A stretch of DNA of 64,000 nt from a virus: positions 16,562 to 80,561 of IMG/VR virus record IMGVR_UViG_3300042154_002686; one strand, given 5' to 3'. This document shows, in pieces, positions 48,556 through 57,016 of the stretch. A program made the position numbers and the translations under genes. The notes under the pieces are model-generated. The model was not told the DNA's origin and ran no database searches. It saw only the letters and a program-made list of their open reading frames with translations. Position 1 is the stretch's first letter. Each line of letters starts with the position of its first letter.

Positions 48556-48747
48556 ATGACGCTCACCCAATACCAAAAAGGAATGAACCGCCTCGCAGAA
48601 ATCCGCAACAGCCTTACCACGGCTCGGCAGGAACTCGCATCGGAGAAGAACTACGACCTGCGTGAAATGCATCAAGCGGTCATCAACGCCCTCATGGCGG
48701 AGATGCAGGAGACCGAAACCCTTATGAACGGGACTAAAAATAAGTGA
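48556..48747 (+). CDS. Hypothetical coiled-coil peptide
   Basis: Leaderless after TTGAAA...CATCAT. Confidence 0.65.
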   Translation: MTLTQYQKGMNRLAEIRNSLTTARQELASEKNYDLREMHQAVINALMAEMQETETLMNGTKNK

Positions 48748-48810
48748 ACTATTTTCTTTACTCTTAACAAATTTCTGCTATACTGTTTTCTCATCACCAA
48801 TAATACACAT

Positions 48811-49068
48811 ATGAAATCCAAGCCCACCAAGACTGAAATCGACAACGCCCTCCGCCAAATGTCCATGCTTGCCGCCCGACACGGCATCGAGTATGTCATC
48901 ATCGAGGACGAATACATCGATACTTACTGCGAAGACAATGAACTCACCCTCACGGACGAAGCCCGTGAGAATGTCAAGGCGGCTATTAGCGACTACCTCC
49001 AACAGATGATGGAGTCTGACGACTGCCTCTCCGAGTGCGTTGACGACTTCGCCACCAGCAAGGAATAA
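48811..49068 (+). CDS. Hypothetical acidic protein
   Basis: Own promoter. Confidence 0.65.
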   Translation: MKSKPTKTEIDNALRQMSMLAARHGIEYVIIEDEYIDTYCEDNELTLTDEARENVKAAISDYLQQMMESDDCLSECVDDFATSKE

Positions 49069-49087
49069 TCTAAACCCAAATACAAAA

Positions 49088-49303
49088 ATGAGCAACATGT
49101 CTTACTGTCGGTTCCAGAACACCAAGACCGACCTCCGAGATTGCGTCCGCAACTTCTGGTCTGTCTCCTCGGAAGAGGAGGCGGAAGCCCGAAAGCGTCT
49201 GGTTAAGTATGCCAAGGACATTCTGGAACTCTACGACCAGAACCCCGAGGATGTTGACAACTGCGTCTTTGACGAGGACGCAGAAGACGAGGACGAAGGT
49301 TAG
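49088..49303 (+). CDS. MSNMSYCRF-type protein, paralog of 40967
   Basis: MSNMSYCRFQNT..DL.DCV. Confidence 0.8.
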   Translation: MSNMSYCRFQNTKTDLRDCVRNFWSVSSEEEAEARKRLVKYAKDILELYDQNPEDVDNCVFDEDAEDEDEG

Positions 49304-49427
49304 TCCTCACGCCCCCGAAAGGGGGCTTTCTTCTTGTCCCCGTGGTAGGTATTTGAAGACCTTAAATAGTTGAAGATTAATCTTGAATAATTCAAAATTT
49401 CTGACATGCTGTTTGTCTATCACCAAC

Positions 49428-49727
49428 ATGAACAACGAAGACAACACCCTCAAAACCGCATCCATCTACAAGACCATCGACACGATGACGACCCGCAAGG
49501 CTTCGTCCTTGGAGGAGGTCGTGGCTATCGCAGTAGACCCCGAACTGAAAGGCATCCTGTTCGGTCGTCTCCCTGTGCTTGAAGTCAACGACCCGTCCTT
49601 CTCGCCTCTGGACGACATTGAAGGCGGTGTTCCCGCCAAGCGTTTCATGCTCAACTACCGAAGGAAGACTTACTATGTCAATACCGAGGGCTACACTTAT
49701 TGTCGCTACCTCTGCGAAATCGTTTGA
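49428..49727 (+). CDS. Hypothetical protein
   Basis: YYVNTEGYTYCRY. Confidence 0.7.
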   Translation: MNNEDNTLKTASIYKTIDTMTTRKASSLEEVVAIAVDPELKGILFGRLPVLEVNDPSFSPLDDIEGGVPAKRFMLNYRRKTYYVNTEGYTYCRYLCEIV

Positions 49728-49775
49728 CATTTAAACCAAACTCTGCATACTGTATCTTCTATCACCCATAATACC

Positions 49776-50075
49776 ATGCATAAAGACCAACTACCAGAAC
49801 TGCACAAGAAGCGTTATCACGCCCAACAGGAGGCCGTAGATAAAGCCCGTAAAATCCTCGACAAGGCGGGGGTCAAGTGGATTTTCGCCACGGACGAGGA
49901 TGTTCTCACCGCCCTCGAAGGCGATGAGCGACTTCCCCTTGTCTGGAAGGAGGGGGGCTTTGACCTCATCGAAGACATTAACGATGCTTGCATCGACAAC
50001 CTTATGAACAGTTGGGGCGACTGCCTCTCTTACGCAATTGACAATACCATCGGCACGGAGGACGAGGGCGAATAA
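49776..50075 (+). CDS. Hypothetical acidic protein
   Basis: Own TTGACA...CATACT promoter. Confidence 0.65.
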   Translation: MHKDQLPELHKKRYHAQQEAVDKARKILDKAGVKWIFATDEDVLTALEGDERLPLVWKEGGFDLIEDINDACIDNLMNSWGDCLSYAIDNTIGTEDEGE

Positions 50076-50076
50076 C

Positions 50077-50463
50077 ATGGGACTCGACCAATACGCATAC
50101 TCCATTAGCAAGGGAGACATGGACTTGCTCCAAACGCAGGAATTCCTTGACGGTGAACTCGGCATCGAGTCGCAAGAGGAACTCATGTATTGGCGTAAGC
50201 ATGCCGACCTCAATGGCTACATGGAGAAGATGTATCACCAGCAGGGGCACATGGATGACTTCAATGGGCAACCGCTTGAATTGGACAAGGACGACCTCTT
50301 GGAACTCAAAGCAATCATCGAGGGGGACGGCCTTGAAACGGCAAGCGGTTTCTTCTGGGGATACTCTACGCCAGAAGACGATATCCCAACCTTGGAGTTC
50401 ATCGATAAGGCTTTACAGGCCATCAAGGACGGGAAGGTAGTCTATTACTGTTGCTCTTGGTAG
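50077..50463 (+). CDS. Phage hypothetical protein (MGLDQY...YWRK...GFFWG type)
   Basis: MGLDQY, YWRKH, GFFWG, VYYCCSW motifs. Confidence 0.75.
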   Translation: MGLDQYAYSISKGDMDLLQTQEFLDGELGIESQEELMYWRKHADLNGYMEKMYHQQGHMDDFNGQPLELDKDDLLELKAIIEGDGLETASGFFWGYSTPEDDIPTLEFIDKALQAIKDGKVVYYCCSW

Positions 50464-50833
50464 AGTGACTCACAGCCCCCTTTACGGGGGCTTTTTGCGT
50501 ATGCCACAAGGACGACAGGGGGATTATTAAGGGGGGCGGCACGGGGGATGGTCAAGGGGAAACAAAACCCCCACTCCATAATAAGATAAACTTATAGACA
50601 GGATTAGAGTTTATGATATTAGTGAAATTTATAACCCCCCATACATTTACTAATGACGGGGGTAGGTTCCTGTAGCAATCGACATATTGTTTTGGATGTG
50701 TCTGCTAAACAAGCACTTGCGGATGACTTTAATCTTTCTTTCATCTATTTCAGATTTGGTGCTTGCTATTCTAATTAAAGCATGCATGATGAATGTCGTT
50801 CCAACAAACACCAAACCAAAAAACACAAAACAC

Positions 50834-51706
50834 ATGACCACCAACCTCATCACCACCATCGCCTCCGAAGCCATTGAGCGTCAGACGGAAAAGTTCGACT
50901 ACACGGTCGAGCAAGTCCCGTTCCACCTGCCCAACGGCTCGGCTACCCGCTTCTTCGCCAATGTCCGCACGGACAACGGTGAAGTCCTCGGTTGCGTTAC
51001 CGACCGTTATGAAGTCCTCCAAAACTCCGACATGCTCGGAGCCTCGGAAGACCTCTTCAAGACGGCTGGCTTCTCCAACTTCAAGCGTAAGACGGTCTGC
51101 ACCAATGGCGGTGCTCGTATCCGTGCCATTTACGACTTCCCCGACCACGGGTTCAAGTTGTCCAACGGCAACGACCTTACCTTCCGCTTGAAGGTTCAGA
51201 ACTCCTTTGACGGGTCTCTCCGAGCCTCGTTCCAAGTCGGCCTCGTCCGTCTGGTCTGCACGAATGGCCTTGCCCTGCCGATTGCGGCTGTCGGCATGAC
51301 CCGCAAGCACACGCAGACGCTGGATGCTAACACCCTCCGTGATGCGTTCGCCCGTTCCATCAATGCGTTCAAGGACTCGGCTCCGCTGTTCAACAACATG
51401 ATTGAGACCAAGGTCTCGCAGGAAGAGGGCAACAGCATCCTGCTGGGCTTCGAGAAAGCCAAGGTCATGTCGGAACGCATGCGTGAGGGCATCCAGTCGG
51501 TCTGGGAGCGTCCGACTTATGCGGAAGACAGCGGTCGCAACCTGTTCAACCTCTACAACGCTGTGACCCAGCACCTTACCCACTCGGTTGAGGGCAAGCG
51601 GTTTGAACTTGCCGAGCGTGTGAACACGGGAACGCTCAACGCCATCTCCAAGGCGGTTCGCAATCGGAGCATCAACAGTCTGATGTTCACCCCCTCGGAT
51701 AACTAA
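50834..51706 (+). CDS. DUF932-family protein
   Basis: RTD..VLG.V.DRY..LQN, NSFDGS, RLVCTNG, LFNLYNAVT. Confidence 0.8.
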   Translation: MTTNLITTIASEAIERQTEKFDYTVEQVPFHLPNGSATRFFANVRTDNGEVLGCVTDRYEVLQNSDMLGASEDLFKTAGFSNFKRKTVCTNGGARIRAIYDFPDHGFKLSNGNDLTFRLKVQNSFDGSLRASFQVGLVRLVCTNGLALPIAAVGMTRKHTQTLDANTLRDAFARSINAFKDSAPLFNNMIETKVSQEEGNSILLGFEKAKVMSERMREGIQSVWERPTYAEDSGRNLFNLYNAVTQHLTHSVEGKRFELAERVNTGTLNAISKAVRNRSINSLMFTPSDN

Positions 51707-51802
51707 TCCGAGCCAGAGGGAGACAGGTGACAAGGGTGGGGGCTAACGCCCCTGCCCTTTCTTTGTTTCCAGACCCCAACATTCACCATACAATAAATTT
51801 AC

Positions 51803-52147
51803 ATGAGTAAAGGAAATTTAAAGGAGGGTTATTGGAAACTTGCCATCTTTCCAGACGGCATGTCGTGCCCTCGTTGCAATGGGGTTCACTTCCACCCCCA
51901 TGCGACAATCCTGCCAGACCTCTATGCGGAAGCAAAAGACCCCAAGGGAAAAGACGGAAAGACAAACCTATGGATTGCTCGGTCGGAGTGTTTAAGTGCT
52001 GGATGCAAGGGCTTTATAGATTGGACATTCCATCCAGACTACTGCGGGGGGAACAGGGTTGGAAATGAGTTTAGAAGCATTGTGGAGTGGAGCACAAACC
52101 CCCTCGGTCTTGAACTGTATAAAGATTACCCACGAAGTATTCAGTAA
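51803..52147 (+). CDS. Hypothetical Zn-binding protein
   Basis: CPRC and CLSAGC motifs. Confidence 0.5.
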   Translation: MSKGNLKEGYWKLAIFPDGMSCPRCNGVHFHPHATILPDLYAEAKDPKGKDGKTNLWIARSECLSAGCKGFIDWTFHPDYCGGNRVGNEFRSIVEWSTNPLGLELYKDYPRSIQ

Positions 52148-52201
52148 ATAGTTTAAGATTGTGGTTGCATGAACTGCGAAAGTATGCATCATGTATGGTC
52201 T

Positions 52202-52438
52202 ATGACTAATCCGCTATACATCGTTACCGTAGTTTCAAATACCCACGCAACCCTTATGTCCACCTTCCATAACATGAAGGAAGCAGAGGAGTTCGTGGCT
52301 AAAAGCACACGCCCCGAACAGCAGAACCATCCCACCATCGGTTGCTGGGCTACTATCACGGCTCTCTATCCCGTTAAGTGGGACAACGACCGCCTTGACT
52401 CTGAAAATGAGTGGTCTCAACCCGTCCGACTCAACTAA
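52202..52438 (+). CDS. Hypothetical protein, paralog of 53374
   Basis: H.TL......EAE..V...WAT.T. Confidence 0.7.
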   Translation: MTNPLYIVTVVSNTHATLMSTFHNMKEAEEFVAKSTRPEQQNHPTIGCWATITALYPVKWDNDRLDSENEWSQPVRLN

Positions 52439-52480
52439 TTTGCTTGCAATCTAAACCACAATCTGAATACTGACTCTACT

Positions 52481-52780
52481 ATGAAAAACAAAGTAATTCA
52501 CGACATTATCGAAAGCAAGGTTGTCTACGAGTTCACCAACTCTGCCCAGAAGCATGAGGCGGGGCTTGTGGACTTTGTTGCGAAGTCCTGCGGCTACCCC
52601 TCCAATAAGGCTTGGCGAGACCAACTCGACATGTCCCTTGGCATCTACCTTGAAGACTACGCACGGGAGAAGGACTTGGTTATTGCCTTCTTCCATGAGG
52701 ACGACATGGGCTACTTTGATATCGTCTACACGGATGAGGTGGTAGACAGATTTTCGGGCTGGATGAAAAATAAGTCTTGA
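52481..52780 (+). CDS. Hypothetical protein
   Basis: Own TTGCAA promoter. Confidence 0.65.
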   Translation: MKNKVIHDIIESKVVYEFTNSAQKHEAGLVDFVAKSCGYPSNKAWRDQLDMSLGIYLEDYAREKDLVIAFFHEDDMGYFDIVYTDEVVDRFSGWMKNKS

Positions 52781-52812
52781 AATAAACCTCAATCCATGCA
52801 TCCTGTATGTCT

Positions 52813-53115
52813 ATGACCAAACCCAAGAAAGCATCACTCCTCTCCACCTGCCCCCACCTTGCTGTCGCTTATGAAGGCGGTGGCAATTGGGGCTGGGTGT
52901 ATTACGACTCTTATCAGAAGGCCAAGGAGGTCGCTGATTGGATTAAGTCGGGATACAACAGCAAGTTCTCCTGTGCGGGTCGCTGTGATTTAGATGAGGC
53001 TGGGACTGAAACCAAGTCCCTGCTCACCCTCTGGTGTGTCCATTACCATTACGACAACACCAATCGTCCCGCATCCATTCAGAACTGCCCCAACATCCGA
53101 ACGCTATGGAAGTAA
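52813..53115 (+). CDS. Hypothetical protein
   Basis: Own promoter. Confidence 0.6.
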   Translation: MTKPKKASLLSTCPHLAVAYEGGGNWGWVYYDSYQKAKEVADWIKSGYNSKFSCAGRCDLDEAGTETKSLLTLWCVHYHYDNTNRPASIQNCPNIRTLWK

Positions 53116-53333
53116 ACAATGACCTTATTGCCCGCCTCGGCTTCGAGGCTTGGGCTGACAACCTCATCGTAAATGCCTTGGAGGATAGCCACGCCTTGCC
53201 TTACAAGGCAGAGGACGACAATGGGACTATCCTTTCCCTTGAACAGCAAGGAGAAGACCTCCACGCCCTTGTGAGGGCGTATGACAGCGGCTGGCAGACC
53301 CATGAAAGAATTATTAAGAATGTCTGCAAATAA
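53106..53333 (+). CDS. Hypothetical protein
   Basis: MEVNND...; overlaps the upstream stop. Confidence 0.55.
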   Translation: MEVNNDLIARLGFEAWADNLIVNALEDSHALPYKAEDDNGTILSLEQQGEDLHALVRAYDSGWQTHERIIKNVCK

Positions 53334-53373
53334 TCCTTGCCACAACAGTAACAACATGCATACTGACTCTTCT

Positions 53374-53631
53374 ATGACCAACACCACCATCGACCCCATC
53401 CCGTCCGAACTACATCTTGTCATTGTTATGACCAGAGAACACAGCACCCTTGCCTCCTTCTGGGATACGAAGGAACAGGCGGAACAGCATGTCAAAGACC
53501 TCACCTCCAACTACATCGACCCAGAGCGTGGCTATCTTTGGGCTACCGTCACCAAGGTTGATGTAAAGTCTTGGAAACCGAACATGCCAGAGTGCAAGAT
53601 TGCTTGGGTTCACTCCAAGCAAATCTCTTAA
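53374..53631 (+). CDS. Hypothetical protein, paralog of 52202
   Basis: HSTLASFWDTKEQAEQHV...WATVT. Confidence 0.7.
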   Translation: MTNTTIDPIPSELHLVIVMTREHSTLASFWDTKEQAEQHVKDLTSNYIDPERGYLWATVTKVDVKSWKPNMPECKIAWVHSKQIS

Positions 53632-53664
53632 CCATTCACCCATAAAAACAAAATAATAAATAAC

Positions 53665-53862
53665 ATGAAACAATACATGATTACACAAACCATCACCGTC
53701 TCTTTCGAGTGCGAGGCAAAAAACAAGAAGGAGGCTTTGAGTCAGTTCAAGGACGACCTTGACGGCATGTTCGACCATACTGACTGCAAGTTTGAGGACG
53801 GGGAGCGTGAAAACTTCTATGTCGCCAACGAAAATGGCGAGTATGTGGAGGACGAGGGCTGA
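53665..53862 (+). CDS. Small acidic protein (K.Y...ECEA....A family)
   Basis: Similar to 53934 and 55328. Confidence 0.7.
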   Translation: MKQYMITQTITVSFECEAKNKKEALSQFKDDLDGMFDHTDCKFEDGERENFYVANENGEYVEDEG

Positions 53863-53933
53863 CCTCATGGCCCCCTTAATTGGGGGCTATTTTATTCTTG
53901 CAATCCAAACCAATACATGCATACTATCACTCT

Positions 53934-54152
53934 ATGACCACCACCAAACTAAAAAAGTATAATGTCAGCGAACAGGTATTCCTTAATTGGGAGTGCGAGG
54001 CTCGTGATGAAAAACACGCAAGAGAACTCTATGAGGAATACATCACCAGCAAGGAGAACTTGATTGAAGAGTTCTTGTGTGCCATGCAAAACAAGTGGGA
54101 TGACCAGATTGAAGTCGAACAAATCTACGACTCGGAGGGTCTCTCCAAGTGA
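53934..54152 (+). CDS. Small acidic protein, paralog of 53665
   Basis: KKYNV....WECEARDEKHA. Confidence 0.7.
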   Translation: MTTTKLKKYNVSEQVFLNWECEARDEKHARELYEEYITSKENLIEEFLCAMQNKWDDQIEVEQIYDSEGLSK

Positions 54153-54328
54153 AGGTCTACATCAATGTAGTCTTCGGGGCTGGCAAGGCATACCTTGAAG
54201 CCCGTCTTGAAAATGGCATGAGGCTCCCCTTCCGAAGTCTTACCACTTGGGATAAGAAGGCTCAAAAGGCCATCAAGGAGCATCTTGATACCGTCTACGG
54301 ATACAAGGACATTAAATTCATCACTTAA
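54149..54328 (+). CDS. Hypothetical peptide (59 aa, GTG start)
   Basis: GTGA stop-start overlap; translated by hand. Confidence 0.45.
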   Translation: MKVYINVVFGAGKAYLEARLENGMRLPFRSLTTWDKKAQKAIKEHLDTVYGYKDIKFIT

Positions 54329-54329
54329 C

Positions 54330-54623
54330 ATGGAACAAATCGTAAACAAGATTATGAGGATGCCACACGCTGACCGTGTGGCTGTCGCCCACGGACTGCT
54401 CATGGAATTGGAGAAGGCAGGGTCTATCACCTGCTGGAACTTCTGGGAGCGTGAAACCGTCAAGGAAATCGTTGAGGAGCGTATCGTTGGGGACTGCACG
54501 GAGTCCGACCTTGACGGCATCATGGGACGGCTTAACAAGGAGCATGACGGGCTCGCACAGGACGACTGGCACGACTTCTCTGACAGGATTACCAAGCATG
54601 TCAAGGCCATGAAGATGCGATGA
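54330..54623 (+). CDS. Hypothetical protein
   Basis: MEQIVNK... Confidence 0.6.
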   Translation: MEQIVNKIMRMPHADRVAVAHGLLMELEKAGSITCWNFWERETVKEIVEERIVGDCTESDLDGIMGRLNKEHDGLAQDDWHDFSDRITKHVKAMKMR

Positions 54624-54823
54624 ATAACCCCATCAAGGGGCGGAGGGCTGACCCACGGGAAAAGGTAAACCAAAGGCTTTACTTCGTCAGTAGATATAAA
54701 ACTACAAAAAAGCGGGCGGACAAAGCACGGGAGGAGGATAAGGCAAGATGGCTTGTCCTTCTCTCTCCGCCACTCAATAAATGGAAACAACACGATGGCA
54801 CAGAAACTACCACGCAACCATAA
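54620..54823 (+). CDS. Hypothetical basic protein
   Basis: ATGA overlap. Confidence 0.45.
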   Translation: MNNPIKGRRADPREKVNQRLYFVSRYKTTKKRADKAREEDKARWLVLLSPPLNKWKQHDGTETTTQP

Positions 54824-55037
54824 GATAGACCCACAAACGCTTGAGACGGCCTCAAGACGCATTAGCAAGCGAGTCCTTGAACTAATGATGGCTGGGCTAA
54901 GGGATGATGAGTTGTATCATGCTTACAATTCCCTTCGGGATGCCCTTGTAGGCATTCCAGACTACTCATACAAACCTCCAAAGAAGAAGACCTCCACCCC
55001 GAATGAGGTGAAGGTCTCAAAAGTTAAAGGGGCATAA
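54795..55037 (+). CDS. Hypothetical protein
   Basis: MAQKLPRN... Confidence 0.5.
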   Translation: MAQKLPRNHKIDPQTLETASRRISKRVLELMMAGLRDDELYHAYNSLRDALVGIPDYSYKPPKKKTSTPNEVKVSKVKGA

Positions 55038-55149
55038 TACGCTATCCCTGCGTATTACACCCCTCGGCAAGCGTCCTTGCCTTTATGCCCCTCAGTCGGG
55101 ATGGACTACGGGAAGTCAATGTTTGGTCATTAGAGTGGTGTTCATGGGT

Positions 55150-55323
55150 TTACTTGCAATCGTATTTCTCCGCTCGCTCCTTGGCGATTTCGGCAATCTG
55201 ATACCAGATTTTAGCCATCGTGTCGTCATCGTAGCGAGCCTTGTCGTATTTGCTCTGACCCCACGACCCCGTTGCCCAATCAAGGGCGTGTAAGGCCGTG
55301 TTTCTGATTTCTTCGTTGGTCAT
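55150..55323 (-). CDS. Hypothetical protein
   Basis: MTNEEIRN...; inverted three-gene block. Confidence 0.6.
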   Translation of the reverse strand: MTNEEIRNTALHALDWATGSWGQSKYDKARYDDDTMAKIWYQIAEIAKERAEKYDCK

Positions 55324-55327
55324 CGGT

Positions 55328-55549
55328 TTAGTATTCGTGGGTTTCGTTGCCTTCGGCATCCTGCGAGTAGCAGGAGTAATCCGAGGAGTCAGCACCCAGA
55401 CGGGGGCCGAACTTAACATCATTCGTGAAGATATCAAGATATTTTTCTTGAGCCTCCTCGAAGGAGTTAGCCACAATCCCCTTGGAGGAGATGGTGATGG
55501 TTTCGTTGAAGAAGTAAGTCTTCTTCGTGTTGGTGTTGTCGGTGTTCAT
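55328..55549 (-). CDS. Small acidic protein related to 53665/53934
   Basis: KKTYFF.ETIT....VANSFEEA. Confidence 0.65.
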   Translation of the reverse strand: MNTDNTNTKKTYFFNETITISSKGIVANSFEEAQEKYLDIFTNDVKFGPRLGADSSDYSCYSQDAEGNETHEY

Positions 55550-55593
55550 GTTTTTGGTGATGAAAGTTCAGTATGCACGGTTTTTATTAAAGT

Positions 55594-55857
55594 TCAAGCA
55601 TTATCTTTATCTTGGCTGTTTTTGTAGATAACATGCCAAGCCAAAGCACCAACGGTGTCCAAGGACTTGTTGAGTTCTTCACGCAAGGCTTCAAGAGCCT
55701 CGCCCGACTTCTGGAACTCGTAAGGGAAGGACAGCGATGGGTTCGTCATCTGGAACATAACCCTGTGCTGTGCCTCACGAAAGGACTTGACGGTGTTAGC
55801 GAGATGGTTGGCGGCACAGGCGAGTTCGAGTGCTTTTTCTTTATCTTGGTTGGTCAT
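55594..55857 (-). CDS. Hypothetical protein
   Basis: Near-leaderless after minus-strand TTGAAA...CATCAT. Confidence 0.65.
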   Translation of the reverse strand: MTNQDKEKALELACAANHLANTVKSFREAQHRVMFQMTNPSLSFPYEFQKSGEALEALREELNKSLDTVGALAWHVIYKNSQDKDNA

Positions 55858-55973
55858 AGACGATACATGATGCATGCTTTTTTTCTTTTTTCAACATCAA
55901 AGTGAAGAAACTTTGGGCAAGTTTGCTGTTGACACGACACGGAATCCGTGTATCATAGACCACAAGCAATACT

Positions 55974-56213
55974 ATGGACACAAATAAGCAAAAAGAAGTA
56001 ATCCAAAAAGTCAAGGAAATTTGCAAGAAAAATAAAATCGGGGTATTTATGCTCACGGACGGGATGATGACACACATCCAGACCGAGGACGGCAAAAAAC
56101 TTTCGCAGGAGCAAGTTGAGACTCTCAAGGAGCGTCTGATTGAATCGTTTTATGAGATGTATCTTGATTATTTAAGTGCGTTAAGCCTTGACTTGGGACA
56201 CGAAGAGGTGTAA
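55974..56213 (+). CDS. Hypothetical protein
   Basis: Own TTGACA promoter. Confidence 0.6.
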   Translation: MDTNKQKEVIQKVKEICKKNKIGVFMLTDGMMTHIQTEDGKKLSQEQVETLKERLIESFYEMYLDYLSALSLDLGHEEV

Positions 56214-56224
56214 GGTATGGGTCT

Positions 56225-56512
56225 ATGAAACAACCCGCTCTATACTCTGTTCAGAAGTTTAACTCCGACCTTGATGGAGGTGCTTACACCTCCATTGGTT
56301 GCTATCCGAAATATTTTATTACGGCTGACGGTGGCACTCTCTCTTTTAAATCTGCAAAGGAGAACGCAGAACTTATCAGAGGCGAAATCAGAGATGGCGA
56401 CTTTCTTGGATGGCATGTCGTTGCATGCGATGTGAACTGGGAGTCATTCCTGTATTGCGACCACAGTGGAGAGCAGATTGAATCGGCATATGAGCCGATA
56501 GACGGTGCTTAA
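56225..56512 (+). CDS. Phage hypothetical protein
   Basis: G.YP.YFIT.DGG.L...GW.V...DVNWE..LYCDH..E.IESAY. Confidence 0.75.
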   Translation: MKQPALYSVQKFNSDLDGGAYTSIGCYPKYFITADGGTLSFKSAKENAELIRGEIRDGDFLGWHVVACDVNWESFLYCDHSGEQIESAYEPIDGA

Positions 56513-56576
56513 CGCACCTCAAAGGCTTGTTAGGCTTTTAATAAATGCAACAAGGGGTGACAGCCCCCCAATGTGA

Positions 56577-56948
56577 TTGGAAAAGTTATGCAAATCGTGT
56601 GGTAAAACAAAACCAATTTCTTTGTTTTATGGAAGAAAGGGAGAATATAGCCATCACAACTTTTGCAAATCTTGTTTTAACTCTTTTGACTACCGAGAAA
56701 TAACCGAAAGAAAGAAGGTGTTTGTAAGGTTTCTTGGTAACAAGTGCTCTCGTTGTAAATTAAAGCACAACAACAAGAACACGGTTATATTCGACTTCCA
56801 CCACAGGGTGGAGGCCACCAAGGAGGCCGACTGGACTCGCATGCGTAGATGGAAGTTGGAACGCATACGGGAAGAAATGAAGAAGTGTGTAGTCCTGTGC
56901 TCGAACTGCCACAGGATGGTTCACAACACTGGTCATAAAAAGAAATAG
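56577..56948 (+). CDS. HNH endonuclease
   Basis: CKSC...CKSC, CSRC, FDFHH, KCVVLCSNCHRMVH. Confidence 0.85.
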   Translation: MEKLCKSCGKTKPISLFYGRKGEYSHHNFCKSCFNSFDYREITERKKVFVRFLGNKCSRCKLKHNNKNTVIFDFHHRVEATKEADWTRMRRWKLERIREEMKKCVVLCSNCHRMVHNTGHKKK

Positions 56949-57016
56949 AACCGCAGGGATTTGAACCCCGACAAGGAGAATCAAAATCTCCTGTGCTACC
57001 GTTACACCACGGCTCT
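56946..57016 (-). tRNA. tRNA-Gln(TTG)
   Basis: GGAGA-TT TTG AT-TCTCC anticodon arm; GTTCAAATC T-loop. Confidence 0.9.

Larger units (their letters stand above)
26480..50494 (+). terminator. Series of intrinsic terminators closing most cassettes
   Basis: GC hairpins (loops such as TTCG, TCAC, GAAA, TACG) plus T-tracts after stops, e.g. 26480-26505, 30217-30241, 33541-33564, 45431-45455. Confidence 0.9.
26237..50666 (+). repeat. Dispersed same-strand GGGTAGG heptamer marking about 52 terminator-promoter-gene cassettes
   Basis: Copies (some with one mismatch) start at 26237, 26514, 27265, 27525, 27896, 28198, 28546, 28834, 29164, 29567, 29851, 30249, 30594, 30928, 31261, 31594, 31943, 32227, 32642, 32885, 33258, 33573, 33994, 34298, 34684, 35011, 35364, 35619, 36000, 36337, 36708, 37031, 37432, 37667, 38080, 38453, 39104, 39455, 39859, 40547, 40866, 41255, 42243, 42911, 43664, 44542, 45465, 46509, 47127, 47989, 49343, 50660. 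Confidence 0.93.

Noticed and set aside
26237-50666. CRISPR array
   Set aside because: The conserved core is only about 7 nt, the intervening segments are 235-1350 nt and mostly coding, and there are no cas genes
26393-55000. Many long minus-strand ORFs over the array (e.g. 50771-51733, 41332-42000, 39930-40604)
   Set aside because: Antisense shadows of C-ending codon bias, with no promoter or terminator context
26237-56535. Classical integron (GGTAGGY resembles the GTTRRRY core; exact GTTAGGY at 34685 and 56529)
   Set aside because: No consistent inverse core RYYYAAC pairing with it, cassettes carry their own promoters, and there is no tyrosine recombinase in the window. One outside the window cannot be excluded.
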